DNA of 64,000 bases from Klebsormidium nitens (taxonomy: Eukaryota > Plantae > Klebsormidiophyceae). The DNA lies in assembly GCA_000708835.1 (NCBI GenBank), contig DF237201.1:1-64000 (forward strand), given 5' to 3'. This document shows positions 63,730-64,000 of the stretch, piece after piece. Positions within the stretch are counted from its first letter, which is position 1, and the number at the start of each line of letters is the position of its first letter. Below the pieces are notes generated by a model. That model did not search any database. It saw nothing but the letters and a program-made list of their open reading frames with translations, and was not told the DNA's origin. The translations under genes were made by a program, and so were the position numbers.

Positions 63730-64000
63730 GCTACGAGAACGGCCTTTCTCAAGCACTCCAAGACTGCGCCAAACAATGGATTCCACGCAGCTGTCGTCCT
63801 GTGTGCTTTGTGGGGGCTTCAAATTTAAAAGCTTTAGGTTCAGTTTGACAATCAGACCTGCTCAATACGAGCTGTGTTTGCGGGGCTGCTTATCCAAGAA
63901 GCCCGGTTGGATTGTTTTTGACGCTGCCTAGCTATCTGGGCTGTCCGTCGTTTGTCTCAGCTACGAAAGTCTCTGCCTTCAGTCCTCTCGTCGAAGGTGA
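63730..64000 (+). repeat. Decayed paralogous segment, copy 2 (runs off the window end)
   Basis: Collinear blocks of similarity to 61125-61410, with indels and stops in all frames. Confidence 0.75.

Noticed and set aside
1-64000. Prokaryotic operon, prophage or defence-system interpretation
   Set aside because: All recognisable genes have spliceosomal introns and eukaryotic targeting signals.

Overview
Eukaryotic nuclear DNA with GT-AG introns. A plastid-targeted PSB27 next to the ciliary gene CEP104 points to a flagellated green-lineage organism; a Klebsormidium-like streptophyte alga is my inference. Host genes I could assemble from splice sites and reading phase: three SPFH/band-7 genes (0.2-9.4 kb), a bacterial-type L-2-haloacid dehalogenase, CEP104, PSB27, DCAF13/SOF1 and a mitochondrial adrenodoxin-type ferredoxin. 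Between the head-to-head DCAF13 and ferredoxin genes lies a 19.1 kb nest of DNA transposons. The outer element is a decayed Fot-like pogo (DD35D, TA target duplication). It is interrupted by a 2.6 kb TA-flanked element, an 11.5 kb Zator-like element and a 749 bp MITE, each with visible terminal inverted repeats (TIRs) and target-site duplications (TSDs). Two highlights. (1) The Zator-like element's exons can be joined in phase into a ~1,900 aa protein: two B-box fingers, a Zator DDE core and a PHD finger. (2) The ferredoxin gene has two alternative last exons, both apparently under purifying selection, giving FDX2-like ([11 protein letters not shown]) or FDX1-reminiscent (LPSVRDVRG) C-termini. 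Tandem copies of exon-intron junctions recur in the introns of several genes. The 58-64 kb region has no supportable gene, only decayed paralogous fragments. All family assignments are by motif recognition; no database search was run.
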